Shown piece after piece: positions 1 to 13,426 of a DNA stretch of 64,000 nt. Position 1 is the first letter of the stretch, and every line of letters begins with the position of its first letter. The notes under the pieces were generated by a model. It was not told where the DNA came from. It saw only the letters and a program-made list of their open reading frames with translations, and made no database searches. A program made the translations under genes and the position numbers. Source of the stretch: Octopus vulgaris (lineage: Eukaryota); the NCBI GenBank assembly GCA_951406725.2, contig OX597835.1, positions 36,270,001 through 36,334,000 of the forward strand. Reading direction: 5' to 3'.

Positions 1-97
1 TTCAAGCCCCAGCCTCCATACCAAGCCTTCTTATCGCATCATATTTTTGCTTTTTGATCTTGGTCTGTCTCGGAGAGTGTTATGCAGAGCGCTACTG

Positions 98-209
98 TTA
101 TTATTATTATTATTATTATTATCAACATCATCATTATTATTATTGCTATTATTATAATTATTATTATTATTATTACTATTATTATTGTTATTATTATTAT
201 TATTATTAC

Positions 210-306
<97 letters not shown>

Positions 307-351
307 GTTGTTAGTATTATTATCATTATCATTATCATTGTTGTTAGTATT

Positions 352-388
<37 letters not shown>

Positions 389-422
389 CTATTATTATTG
401 TTATTATTATTATTATTATTAC

Positions 423-498
<76 letters not shown>

Positions 499-543
499 GT
501 TGTTAGTATTATTATCATTATCATTATCATTGTTGTTAGTATT

Positions 544-584
<41 letters not shown>

Positions 585-602
585 CATTATTATTATTATT
601 AA

Positions 603-641
<39 letters not shown>

Positions 642-643
642 CA

Positions 644-677
<34 letters not shown>

Positions 678-779
678 CATCATAATCATCATCATCATCA
701 TTATTGTTATTATTACTATTGTGGTAAATAAATGAAATCAATATCCTTATTATCATCATCATTATCATCATTATTATTA

Positions 780-816
<37 letters not shown>

Positions 817-900
817 CATTATTATCATTATTATTATTACTATTATTGACATGAGTATTATCATCATCATCATCAACATCATTATTGTCGTTCTTGTTGT
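98..900. repeat. (ATT/ATC)n microsatellite with internal higher-order duplications
   Basis: Near-pure ATT triplets with the interruption ATCATTATCATTGTTGTTAGT repeated four times. It explains the poly-N/I/L/Y ORFs. Confidence 0.97.
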
Positions 901-904
901 TATC

Positions 905-1110
905 ATTGAGCTAACAGATTTTAACCGCACCGGACAAAGTGCTTGGCGGCATTTCGTCCGCCTTTTTGTTCTGAGTTCAAAAATCTGAGCAGCTCAACTT
1001 TGCCTGTCAGCCTTCCCAGATCGATTAAATAAGTACCAGTAGATAAAGTAAGTGCCATCTTGGGCCGATGTAATCGACTAGACCATCCCCAAACCCCTGG
1101 TTCTGTTCCC
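905..1110 (+). mobile_element. Degraded SINE family B copy
   Basis: Matches the better copies at 26816-27048 and 40484-40680 (gttctgagttcaaa...aaataagtaccag...gatgtaatcgacta). Confidence 0.7.
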
Positions 1111-1276
<166 letters not shown>

Positions 1277-1334
1277 TTTATTATTATTATTATTGTTATT
1301 ATCATTATTATTATCATTATTATTATTATTATTA

Positions 1335-1390
<56 letters not shown>

Positions 1391-1446
1391 TTTATTATTA
1401 TTATTATTGTTATTATCATTATTATTATTATTATTATTATTATTAA

Positions 1447-1612
1447 GGCAGTATTTTGTCTACCACTGTTCTTAGTTCAAATTCTGCCGAGGTCGGCTTT
1501 GACTTTCACCCTTTCTGGGTCGATAAATTCAGTACCAGTGAAACACTGGAGTCGATGTAATTGACTAGTCCCCTCCCCATAAATTTCGGGCCTTCTGCCT
1601 CCAGTAGAAAGA
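1447..1612 (+). mobile_element. 5'-truncated SINE family B copy
   Basis: agttcaaattctgccgaggtcggctttg...gggtcgataaattcagtaccagt...cgatgtaattgactagtcccct, flanked by (ATT)n. Confidence 0.75.
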
Positions 1613-1670
1613 ATTATTATTATTATTATTATTATTATTATAAAAAATCTTGCACAACAAATATTTAAAC

Positions 1671-1722
<52 letters not shown>

Positions 1723-1754
1723 CATTATTATCATTATTATTATCATTATTATCA

Positions 1755-1821
<67 letters not shown>

Positions 1822-1850
1822 CATCATTATTATTATTATTATTATTATCA

Positions 1851-1887
<37 letters not shown>

Positions 1888-2022
1888 ATAGTTTTATTTT
1901 TATATCGTGCTTTCACTTCACTACCGAGCGCAGTTCTGTGGGCCTTAGATATGTGCTGTGGTTCGTTGTGACTTATTATTTTTTTGTTTCAGCTCAGCTT
2001 ATTTATTTATCATTATTATTAT

Positions 2023-2078
<56 letters not shown>

Positions 2079-2567
2079 TTTTATTTTTATGTAGTAGCAT
2101 CTGATTTGTGGAAGATTTGGCTGCTATTTTCTCTCGTACATCAATCGTTCACCCATTTCTTCCCTTATTACCCTGAAGGATATTTTAGAAAAAAATTCCA
2201 TCGGTATTTTTTTTTTTGTTTATGCTTTTTGTTTTTGTTATTGATTTTTGCTTTTGTTCTTTTTACTTTCTTGAACACAGTTTGGTAATTCTATAAGAAG
2301 AAATTCCTCAATATTTATTTATTGAATTGCTGTATCAGCGTCAGAGGTGGTGGTAGTGGTGGTGATTGTAGTGATGGTGGTGGTCGTGGTGGTGGCGGCG
2401 GTGGTAGCGGTGATCTTAATTATTCTCATAATACAGAGGTAATTGAATAAAACTGGTTACTTGTATATCATAATACATGGAATCTTCAAGTAAGTTATTG
2501 GATGTTTATGCGTATATTTGCACACTCATCCAACCACATATACATACATATATAACAAATGATATAC

Positions 2568-2639
<72 letters not shown>

Positions 2640-2663
2640 ATATATATAAACATATATATATGT

Positions 2664-2716
<53 letters not shown>

Positions 2717-2915
2717 TTATAAGTACATGCATGCGGGAATTTATATAGAATGCATATGTAGAAACATATCTTTCTAGGTATGCATGTATTTGTTCATATC
2801 CAGCTCACAGTTAGCAATCTGCATGAAATATTCACATGAATACTTGTATAAATGCACACAGATACTCACACACACATACATACATATGTATAAAAAAGCT
2901 CGCACATATGTGTGA

Positions 2916-2979
<64 letters not shown>

Positions 2980-3084
2980 ACACACACATATATACATACA
3001 AACGGACATACGAACATACATACACATACATATATATGTATTGATATGTATATATATATATATATAAATATAAATATATATATT

Positions 3085-3167
<83 letters not shown>

Positions 3168-4919
3168 TGTGGTGTGCATGTGTGCGTGTTTGCTTACATG
3201 ACTTTCTGAATTCTTATATCCTCTTTCTATTTTATATATAGGAGACCCGACCCTGAATCCTTAAATCTCTTGTTTGTCTGGGCCCTTTCTTACCCCTCCT
3301 CTCTCTTTCTCTCTCTATCCCTCACTCACTCACTCCCTCTCTGCCATCCACCTACCTTCCCACCCTATTCAATTGTCCGCCATAACTGCCCGCATGATAC
3401 GGCATGAAAAGCTCACCTAATTACTCTCCGCATACCCCTACCAATTCCCAGCCAACTCCGAACCCTCCACCACCGCCACCACCACACCAACCACCACCAA
3501 ATTTACCGCCATTTCGGGATTTTCTTCTTATCGCCAACATCAACATCGACACCGCACACCTCACCATCGCTACCATCATCGTTACCTTTCCCAGCCGACC
3601 GCTCCACTCCATCGCGTTCTTCAACACTACGACAACCACAACCACTGATTGCACCAGAACCACCACCACGAACATCACTAGCACCACTACCACCACTACA
3701 GCCTAAACCATTATCTCCACCACCATCAATAACAGGAACATTACTCTCACCACCACCACCAACACCACCAAAACACTACCATCACCAACACAACCTCCAC
3801 CACCACCACCAAAACACCACCATCACCAACACAACCACAACCACCACTACTACCATCACCGACACCACTACTCCCATCACCAACACCAACACCACCAAAA
3901 CACCAACACAACCACAACCACCACTACTACCATCACCAACACCAACACCACCAAAACACCAACACAACCACAACCACCACTACTACCACCACCAACACCA
4001 CCATCACCACTACTACTACCGCTACCACTCCATACCACCTGGAGGCTGGTATAGGCGTCTCTCCTAAACTGCAACACAATATCCTAAATTATCATATTTT
4101 TATTTCATCCTCACTTCTCTCCCCTTCCTCTCCCTCCTTCCTCTCATCTTTCTCATTTATTTGTTCCCCGTCTTTTATCTACTCCACCTTCTTTATCTCT
4201 CTCCCCTTCTTTCTCGTAATCTACGTTTATTTCCCTTTCACACTCCTTCTCTCTTTCTCTCTCTATCTCTATCTATCTCTCTCTCTTGTCTCTCCTTCAA
4301 CCTTGCTATTTGTTCTTTCCTTTCTTTGTCTCTCTGTCTCCTCTCAACTTATCTATCTACCACTCTCTCCCAATATCTCTCTTTCTTTCTCTTTCGCTCT
4401 CTCTCCCTTAACCTATGTATCTATCACTTATTCTTTCTTTAACCTATCCCTTCAGCTATCTATCTATCCTCGCTTCCTCTCTCCTTCTCTCTCTCTCTCT
4501 ATCTATCTCTTAACCTACCTATCTATATTTATATCTATATATCTATCTGTCTATCTATCTATTTCTCATCAACCTTTAAACAACATCAGTTATGTCAGCC
4601 TCTACATCTGTTTCACAGACCTTGGCATAGAATGGTTTGGAACGGTGTAAAAGGGGTTGCAGTGTGAGGAAAGTGAAAGATGCTATATATAATGCAAAAG
4701 GTCACTATGGATTGACCTTTCACATCTGACGCCCCCTTCCCAACCTTGCACCAGCCAATATCCGGAACGAAAAATATTTTTAAAAATGACAAGTTTTATG
4801 ATTCTTACAATACAGCGTTTTGTCGATCCAACGAATGAGTCTATGGATCTCCTAGAAATAGCAACCAAATCTCATTCAAATTCCGCTCAGCCCTTTTTGA
4901 AATGGATACATTTTTTCTT

Positions 4920-5140
4920 TTCTATTCTCCTTGTGTTAGTCATTTGACTGCAGCCAAGCTGGAGCACCGACTTGATGGGATTTAGGAAGGCATTGGCCCC
5001 CTGGACTTATTCTTTTTAAGCCTAGTAGTTATTCTATCGGTCTCTTTTTGCCAAACTGTTATGTTACGGGGACGTAAACACACCAACACCGGTTGTCAAG
5101 CAATGGTAGGAGGGAGAAATATAGATACAGACATACACAT
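4920..5140 (-). mobile_element. SINE family C, 3' half
   Basis: Reverse complement of the 3' half of 28231-28625 (gtcatttgactgcagcc...ggagcaccg...acggggacgtaaacacacc). Confidence 0.75.
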
Positions 5141-5164
5141 AAAACATACATACATGCATACATA

Positions 5165-5874
5165 ATGTTCGTCCTTCGGTTCGAAGATGACCAACTGACA
5201 TCATCTGATGGAACTGGCGCCATGAGACCGGAGGTGGCTGGTGAGGCCAATCCGGGAAAGGAAGCCCCTCCCGCAGGTGGGGCAGAAGTGGGTAGGGGCC
5301 GTGCTACTGGTGCAGGCGGCTCTGGCTTTACGCATATGACGTTTCTGCTCCGCTGACCGAATCCGTCCCTCCTCGGCTGTCCCTGCTCCCACGGTGATTG
5401 CGCTGCGCCAGGATGAGCGGTTGGCAGCAAGTGTCTCCCAGGTCTCTGTTCCGATGGAGAAGTCTTTGAGAGAGACCTTGAGACTATCCTTGTAGCGCTT
5501 CTTCTGCCCTCCGACTTTGCGCCTGCCCTGGCCGAGTTCACCGTAGAAGAGCTGTTTTGGGATGCGAGTGTCGGACATGCGGGAGACGTGGCCCGCCCAT
5601 CTCAGCTGGGCCTTGCGCATGATTGTGATGGTGCTAGGGAGATTTGCCTGCTTCAGAACTTCCGTGTCTGGAACTTTGTCCTGCCAGCGGATGTGAAGGA
5701 GGTTCCGAAGACACCTGAGATGGAAGTGGTTTATCAGGCGCTCGTGCCTTCGGTAAGCAGTCCACGTCTCGCAGCCGTATAGTAGGGTGGTAAGCACGAC
5801 TGCCCGGTAGACTTTCAGCTTGGTGTTGAGGCTGATTCCTCTCCGCTCCCAGACTTTCTTTCGCAGTCTCCCAA
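5165..5874 (-). mobile_element. 5'-truncated RTE-clade LINE: RT thumb/C-terminus, C-terminal zinc finger and short 3' UTR
   Basis: Uninterrupted frame in ORF 5201..6310: TKLKVYRAVVLTTLLYGCETW...LRWAGHVSRMSDTRIPKQLFYGEL...CPTCGRGFLSRIGLTSHLRSH*. These motifs are typical of RTE ORF ends. Flanked by (TACA)n on both sides. Confidence 0.93.
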
Positions 5875-6255
5875 CATACATACATGCATACATACATGCA
5901 TACATACATACGTACGTACGTACATACATATATGCATGCATAGATGCATGCATATATACATATATACATACAGACATGCATGCATTCATACATACATACA
6001 TACATACATAGATACATACATACATATATACGTACATGCATACATAATACATGCATACATACATACATACATACATACATGCATACATACATACGTACGT
6101 ACGTACGTACATACACACATACATGCATGCATAGATGCATGCATACATACATACATATATACATACATACATGCATGCATTCATACATACATGCATGGAT
6201 GCATGCATGCATGCATACATACATACATACATACATACATACATACATACATACA

Positions 6256-6288
<33 letters not shown>

Positions 6289-6311
6289 GCATACATGCAT
6301 ATACATTCATA

Positions 6312-7892
6312 CAGGGTGTGGAAGCAAAACTTGCAAAATTACTCGAACATTAGAAACTTTCTCATTGCGCATCAATAGGTTCAGTAATTCAAAAATAGGT
6401 TAATGTCATTCAAATATAATTAGAAAACGAATAAGTTTTTCTATACAGATTCTATTGTTTGCACTTACGGGCTCCACGCGGTTCTGCAAACCCGGCACAA
6501 CTCTTCACCACGAAGTCACGAGGCATCCTGGCACACTGCTCATTGATGGCAGTCTTCAGAGATTTGATGTTGGGGTGGGAGGTTTTGTTGGTGACATGCT
6601 CCAAAATGCCTCACACGGAACAGACCAGTGGGCTGAGATCCTGACTGAAGAGGGCCAGAAATCCGCAGGCCACAAAGCAACAAAGCTGGATTTGCAGAAA
6701 TTCTGTACCTTCTTGGTAGAATGGCTGAAAGCACCATCTTCAATCCACACATAGTTGCCCTCCGGGTAGTTGGCCTTGAGCCATTGCAAGATATGGTTCT
6801 CAACGTCTTGTCGTAGGCATTAACGCCCACCTTTTCTTCAGGCATGTAGATGTAGATGAGTATGTTTTTTTCCGTCAGGGGCTACAAGTCCGAAAGCTAT
6901 GAGCTGGGCTGGTTGTTTTGTTCTGAATATGCCTTTCACGTCAGCTGTTGACTCCGCAATGTCCCGGTACTTTCTGCGGTTCACAACAGCATCCACTGTG
7001 AAGATCTCGTCAGAGAAAATCTTCACAGGGGACCCGTTCTTTTTAAAGTATGTGAGAACCCATTTGCACCTCTCCAGTCTCCTGGCCTTCGTAGGTTCTG
7101 TCCGCAGATGTTTCGGTGTCCAGGTGTAGGACTGTTCTGATGGCCTTGGAGCCCATTTCAAATTCAGAAGTCAGCTTTCTCATGGACCTGGTTAGGTCCG
7201 TTGAAATTTTGAACTTGAGAGTGTTGATGAAGTCTTCATTCCGCTTCCAGTTGGTCCCACTGCTGCCAGATTTCCTCTGAATGCTGTTTCTTATGACCAT
7301 TCTTTTCTTGACCTAATAAACTGTGTGTAAGTGGAGTCACATGGCCTAGTGGTTAGAGCAGCGGACTCGCGGTCGAGGGATCGCGGGTTCGAATCTCAGA
7401 CCGGACGATGTGTGTGTTTATGAGCGAAATACCTAAGCTCCACGTGGCTCTGCAGAAGGTAATGGCGAACTTCTGCTGACTCTTTTGCCACAACTTTCTC
7501 TCACTCTTTCCTCCTGTATCTTGCAGCTCACCTGCGACAGACCGGCGTCCCGTCCAGGTGGGGAACCTATACGCCAAGGAAACCGGAAAACCAGCTCTTA
7601 TGAGCCAGGCATGGCTCGAGAAGGATCAAACAACAACAACAACAAACTGTATGTAAGGACACTTCAACTATGTTTAAGATCCTCTACAGATCGAATGCTT
7701 CACAGACTAAATTACACTGTTTGGCGTTTGTCTTCATGAGCAGTCATGTTCTTCATTATTCCTGCCAAAAAGAAGTTTGCCATTAGCTGACAATGTATCC
7801 TTTGTTCTGCATAAGGTTCCATATCATTTGGTGTAGTGGTTGCTGTGAAATATTAGTGTAACTTTTAATGCAAGTTTTGCATGCCTACCCAG
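6312..7892 (-). mobile_element. Tc1/mariner DNA transposon relic (DD37D/maT-like), frameshifted transposase, SINE inserted
   Basis: Imperfect TIRs TA|cagggtgtggaagcaaaacttgca and tgcaagttttgcatgcctacccag|TA. Peptides KIFSDEIFTVDAVVNRR, WLKANYPEGNYVWIEDGAFSHSTKKVQ and FWPSS occur in different frames. Confidence 0.88.
7332..7643 (+). mobile_element. tRNA-derived SINE family A (tail type 1), full length with TSD
   Basis: A box TGGCCTAGTGG, B box GGTTCGAATC, (CAA)n tail. TSD aaactgtgtgtaag (7318-7331) / aaactgtatgtaag (7644-7657). Confidence 0.92.
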
Positions 7893-8194
7893 TACATACA
7901 TACATATATACATACATGCATACATACATACATACATACATACATACATACATACATACATGCATACATACATACATACATACATACATACATACATACA
8001 TACATGCATACATGCATACATACATACATACATACATACATACATACATACATACATACATACATACATACATACATACATACATACATACATACATACA
8101 TACATGCATACATGCATACATACATACATACATACATACATACATACATACATACATACATACATACATACATACATACATACATACATACATA

Positions 8195-8493
8195 GGATAG
8201 GAGCACTCCGTCGGTTACGACGACGAGGGTCCCGGCTGATACGCGTACCCCTAACGTAGTTCTCGGGGAGATTCAGCGCTACACAGAGTGTGACAAGGCC
8301 GGCCCTTTGAAATACAGGTATAACTCATTTTTGCCAGCTGAGTGGACTGGAGCAACGTGAAATAAAGTGTCTTGCCCAAGGACACAACGCGTCGCCGGGA
8401 ATCGAACTCACGACCTTACAATCGTGTGCCGAATGCTTAGTGGTTAGAGCAATCGTGAGCCGAATGCTCTAACCACTAAGCCACGCACCTTCA
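8195..8493 (-). mobile_element. tRNA-derived SINE family D
   Basis: Minus-strand head gtggcttagtggttagag...gagttcgattccc followed by gtgtccttgggcaagacacttt. Related to 33269-33735 and 39800-40260. Confidence 0.82.
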
Positions 8494-8769
8494 CATACAT
8501 ACATACATACATACATACATACATACATACATACATACATACATACATACATGAATACATGAATACATACATACATACATACATACATACATACATACAT
8601 ACATACATACATACATACATACATACATACATACATACATACATACATACATACATACATTCATACATACATACATACATGAATACATGAATACATACAT
8701 ACATACATACACACGTACATACATACATATTTTGCACAAGAAATCTGAGGAAACTATATCAGACATCCC

Positions 8770-9060
8770 ATAACGACCATTTTTTCAACGATACATTGTA
8801 CCAAATGGCTAACGAAAAGCAACTTAATACAAGGATAAAGGAACGCCGATTGTGATGGATTGGTCACCAACGGCGACACCCAGCCAGTGAATACTGTCGA
8901 CAGTGCCTGTTGCTTAACACCTTGCAAGATGAAAAGTAGGAGAGGAAACGACGAAGAACGATATGCCAGCTTCTGATTCGCGCAGATTGCGGGATGTCAT
9001 TCAGTGAAAAACTTCTATCGGCTGAAGATGGAAATGAGTAGAAAGCCTTGATAAATAACT
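8770..9060 (+). pseudogene. Degraded LINE 3' fragment (RT C-terminal region)
   Basis: Translates to ...IKERRL*WIGHQRRHP..., resembling the LRW.GH motif of RTE/L2-type ORF2. Contains stops. Confidence 0.45.
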
Positions 9061-9138
9061 GACTGTACCCTTCTTGCCCCTATTAATCATTTCTTTGTTA
9101 ACTTTTGAATAATAATTATAGGCTGGTGATAGTTAGAC

Positions 9139-9232
<94 letters not shown>

Positions 9233-9329
9233 GGTTAGGGTTATATTTGGGATAAAAAATGTTCAGTAGCTGCCATAAATTGATTGCAAAACAATGGAGA
9301 TGAAATCACAGTCTAGTTGAGAAAAGGAC

Positions 9330-9774
9330 ACACGGTGTTGTGCCTGAAGGATGCATCAAAAGGAAATGCTGCCAACAGTTACAGGCCAATTTTTTGCCTC
9401 CCATTAATCTTTTCTACTATCGGCACAAAGCATTAAATTGTTCTACAATCAATTTATGGAAGCTACTGAACATTTTTTATCCCAAATCCCTGTACACCTT
9501 CAGGTCCTGGTGCTTTCCAATTGCTTATGTTTTTACTCATATTTCTGATACCGTCTTCTGTGAAGTGTATAGCATCTTGCTGGTGATAAGAAATTGTTTG
9601 CTTCAAGCTGCAAAGCCATTCAACTGTAGCATTATGTTGTTCTTGCTCGCTCCATATCTTACCCCAAAACAGTCGACTTTCATCAGCATCGGAGATTAAT
9701 CTTTCATGTTTTTTATCATCATTAATCTCTTGATAAAATCTGTTTTGGTCAGTTCTAATCAATTTGTTTTGCTG

Positions 9775-9780
<6 letters not shown>
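9330..9780 (-). mobile_element. Dong/R4-clade non-LTR retrotransposon fragment (N-terminal to RT)
   Basis: ORF 9463..9762: DQNRFYQEI...FWGKIWS...NWKAPGPEGVQGF, the pre-RT KAPGPDG motif. Abuts (ATT)n. Confidence 0.8.
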
Positions 9781-9825
<45 letters not shown>

Positions 9826-10006
9826 GTTTTCCTTCTTTCTTCAAATTTTCTTTCGTTTCTCGCCGAGTGTTTTCCGTACTCCTAGGCAAGACAAGCTCAT
9901 TGTATGCATTCCCAGATTACACACGCAAAATCACAGGTAAAATATGTATTTAAAAAATTAATAAATAAATACATGAATTATTATTATGTATTTATTATTA
10001 TTATTA

Positions 10007-10243
10007 TTGAGTGAGAGAGCAGTGCATGCCATCAAAGTGACACTGGGGTAAAATATACGAAGCCCAGTATACCCATCATGACTACCCGTCTGATAAGGGT
10101 ACACTAGGCACATGCATCACAACCATATGTGCATGACATGGTGATCTCACATCAAGATAAACAGCGCATGACCTTGCAGGTGGGGCCCAGTTAGAACTTT
10201 CTTCTGGTCGAGTAGCCCATCCCGCTCAAAAGGTCCCTGAATA
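10007..10243. repeat. Interspersed repeat embedded in (ATT)n, second copy at 53386-53820
   Basis: gagtgagagagcagtgcatgccatcaaagtg...cagtatacccatcatgactac...gtcgagtagcccatccc is shared by both copies, and both lie in ATT tracts. Confidence 0.8.
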
Positions 10244-10255
10244 ATAATAATAATA

Positions 10256-10289
<34 letters not shown>

Positions 10290-10521
10290 TATTATTATTA
10301 TTCAGTAGTAGTATAACGTCCTTTCACTGCACTACCGAGCGCAGATACAAAATAATAGGTTTATAAGCCCTAAAATTCACTCTATCATTGCCCACGAGCA
10401 TATAGCTTAGTGGCTAAGAGCGGGGCTACTACTAATAATAATAGCATTAGCAAAAAACCTTAGGAATGAGAACAGAGTACCCCAGTAGTCAAATAATAGT
10501 TTTGGTTCGAAATTCCACCAG

Positions 10522-10568
10522 AACACCTGACGAAGGCTGGGGAGTACGTCAGCCGAACCGTTGTGGTA
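10522..10568 (+). ncRNA. Degenerate minimal hammerhead-like motif (Penelope-like terminal repeat)
   Basis: acacCTGACGAa-ggctg...cagcc-GAAcCgttgtg. Stem II is intact, but GAAA is changed to GAAC. Confidence 0.5.
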
Positions 10569-10579
10569 ACAACCAGCAA

Positions 10580-11375
10580 CGTGAGGACACCTCTCCATCC
10601 AATGTAAATATTCTCAGCCATTGTTGGGATTTTGCTTTGTCTATTTCTTTTCTGCTTAGTTTAACCCAATATTTGCCATGAAATGGCTTTTCTTGCCATC
10701 GTTTTATCATGATCCGTTGCTGTTCCAGTTTTAGTTTGGATTTCAGCTGTTTTACAGCTTTTGTTGTTTCTTCTTTTTCATCATACTTGTTAGGCATTAT
10801 GATATTTTTTTATTTGTCAGCTTCCTTAAAGACTAAAAATAGGTTTTTTTGCTTTGTTCGTGTTTTGTGGCTTTTTGTACTAGTTTTCCTTGCTTCTGAA
10901 ATAGGTATTTCCGTAGTCCTATGGTGGTTATTTTGTAATAGTTTTCTAGCTATATAAGGCCTCTACCAACTTCGATCCGTTATGTATATAGTCTTTCTAT
11001 ATAAGATTTTGGGTGGTACATCCTAAATCCTGTCATTATTTTTCTTGTTTTCCTGTTTATTTTGTTAAGTTCATTTAGAGTCCAGTTAAGAATATTGTAG
11101 CTTATAACTAAGACGGCTAGAGTGTTGATATCTATTATCTTGTTTTTCGCACTGAGCTCTAACTCGTCTATAGTATTCCTTTTCATCTTCTGCATTTGTG
11201 TGCGTTGTAAAGTATCTAGTTCATTGATTCCTAAATATTTGTATGTCTGGCTTTGGTCTAATTCTCTTATTTCATTTCCTTTATCTGGTGTAACGTTGCT
11301 ACTCTTAACTAGTTTTCCTCTTTTCAAAATTGCTTTGGCACATTTTTCTAAGCTAATTTTCATGTTTATTTCTTT
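10580..11375 (-). mobile_element. Dong/R4-clade LINE fragment (RT domains 6-9 and downstream)
   Basis: ORFs 10980..11435 (LEKCAK...YKYLGINE...LSAKNKI..INTLAV..ISY..LNWT..RKTRKIMT..HPKS.IERLY) and 10549..10797 (WQEKPFHGKY...SQQWL). Confidence 0.85.
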
Positions 11376-11439
11376 GATTATTATTATTATTGTTGTTGTT
11401 GTTGTTGTTATTGCTGTTGTTACTATCATTATCATCTTT

Positions 11440-12990
11440 CAATTCTGTTTTCATTTCCTGCCGAGTGTTTTCTTGACACCTAGACCAGAGAAACGCACTG
11501 AATACATTGGTAGGCCATTAAAATAAACTCATCAGATTGATCACTTACAAAGTCAAGTGAGAGAGAAAAAGGGAAGAAAGACAACGAGAAAAAGGGGAAA
11601 AATAGAAATAAATAAGTAAACAAAGAAAATAAAGATGGAAAAAGGTAAGAAAATTCACAGCGAAAATGCTCTTTTTAGTATGTGTGACGTAACAGTTAAG
11701 ACAATCTTTTCTACTTCCTGCATGAATTGCAAGCCAGGGATCATTCTTAAATAATTTTCAATTCCTTTTTTGATCATTCCAAGTTCACCTACAATCACTG
11801 GTATCATAATCGTCTTGAGATCCCACATCTTTTCGATTTCGATTTGCAAATCTTTATATTTTCTGAGCTTATCAAATTCTTTTGCTGGATATTATGGTCA
11901 CAGGGTATGCTCATGTCAATTAATAAACAGACTTTATTGTTTTGGTTTTTCACAACAATATCTGGTTTATTCGCTTTGATGGTCCGCTCTGTACATACGA
12001 GGAAGTCCCAAAGAATCGTATTCTCTCTTAGTTACAGCCTCAGGGTTGTGCTTGTACCATTTGTCAGTAGTTTTGATTTTATAATGCCGACACATTATCC
12101 AATGTGAATATCGATCAACTCTGTCATGTTTTCATTTATACACTACATGCTACATTCACTTACTATACGAGTAACGCTTTCCTCTTTTGATTTGCATGAT
12201 CAACATTGGTAATCTACTTGGTTTTTGTCTTTCTTGGCTTTTATGAAATTAGTCCTTAATGCTTGATCTTGAGTTGTTACTACTTAACTTTCCGTCTCCC
12301 TCTTCAGCTTTCCTTTCTGCAACCTTAACCATGTCTCACTACTACTATTTACGGCAAATATATTTAGGCACCTACCATGCAATGCCTTCTGCTAGTCAGA
12401 TAATTCCTGTTCTTTTTTCTGTTTTTTTTTAACTTCGTTTGGGTTTTTGGTTTCCCTAATTCTTCCTGTGACTATAGCAGCTTTTAATAAACTTTCTTCA
12501 ATACTACCTACACTGGAGTCTATATCTACTCTAGCTAACTTTACAGCCAGAGATTAGGTGGTCCACTGTTTCAATCTCATCGTTGCATCGGTACTTGGGT
12601 CTACACCATTTTTCATCACCTTGTCTTGATAGTTCCGGGTCAATAACCTCTGATCTTGAGCAGCTAAGATAAAGCCTTTACTCTCTGTCTGAGCTCTGTA
12701 GCCACTGATGAGTGCGCTTCTGGTCTACATCAGCTTGTTTACTACAGGCCACATTTTTGCCATGCAGGTATTTTTTGTTCCCACCTATCAGCCAATTGTT
12801 CAAATGCATTTTGCTTTGCTATGGATCTCACCGTCTGTGCAACTACAGTTGCCGTACTTCGATAATACTGTTCAACCGGAAACTCGATTCTTTTGCCTCT
12901 CCTTCGTAACAGAATGAAGCTTCATGGTTTTCAACGAGCTTTAGCATCCAGTCGTTAGATGTTTCAAGATATTTTGCCAGTCCAGATGTG
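11440..12990 (-). mobile_element. Stacked Dong/R4-clade LINE 3' fragments (zinc knuckle, restriction-like endonuclease, 3' UTR)
   Basis: ANKPDIVVKNQNNKVCLLIDMSIPCD (PD..D motif, ~11900-11975), EIEKMWDLKT..IPVIVG.LG...ILKRAFSL* (ORF 11655..11849), and two separate QDQ-containing segments (TTQDQAL; AAQDQRL...ETVDHLISGC). This indicates at least two copies. Confidence 0.85.
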
Positions 12991-13273
12991 GTGGTTCTGT
13001 AAGAGATTCCAAATTAGATCAAACCTCAACGGAGAGTTTATGTGGTCGAAGTTACCCTCCTTAAAACGTGAAACTGTTCCTGTGCAATTCTGAAGAATTT
13101 AAACAATACTACGAGGCAATAGTGTTTTACGGCTTACTCACTTCTCTCCCTTGTTTTGCATCTCTTTCTTTATATTTTCTCGATATTGAATTCCTTTGCT
13201 ATAACTTGCACCATTTGTGTTACCGAAGCTCATATGATGGACAAGTATAAAAAAGAATACCTTTCCCTATTCT

Positions 13274-13426
13274 CACCCGGTCTGAGATTCGAACCCGCAA
13301 TCACTCGACCGCAGGTCCGCTGCTCTAACCACTAGGTCATGTGCCTTCACACAAAAGGTTATTGCATAGAGAGATTCCAAATTGTCTTCACGTCCCGGCA
13401 GCTCTCTGTACACTAGTCCGTTGTGG
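13274..13426 (-). repeat. Inverted duplicate of the mariner-5'/SINE-head junction at 13631-13757
   Basis: Reverse complement reads gactagtgtacagag...gggacgtgaagacaat...ttttgtgtgaaggcacatg...gttcgaatctcagaccgggtga, matching 13631-13757. Confidence 0.85.

Noticed and set aside
31-930. 299-aa Asn/Ile-rich ORF and the many poly-I/Y/L, YI, CV, HT, MYVC and YLSI ORFs across the window
   Set aside because: They are translations of ATT, TA, GT, TACA and GATA microsatellites that lack stops in some frames. No domain content.
5875-6310. N-terminal MYVC-repeat extension of the 369-aa RTE ORF
   Set aside because: Read-through into the flanking (TACA)n microsatellite, not part of the element.
7332-7405. 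tRNA gene calls for SINE heads (also 13682, 20190-20259, 51635-51705, 58255-58326)
   Set aside because: They have A/B boxes but run directly into SINE bodies with tails, and in one case a clear TSD. The acceptor stems do not pair convincingly.
9231-9243. Telomere-like agggttagggtta
   Set aside because: Only about two units, which is expected by chance.
12706-12716. CTGATGAG hammerhead-like core
   Set aside because: It lies antisense within a Dong/R4 coding relic (HQWL motif), with no stem II and GAAA in the right position.
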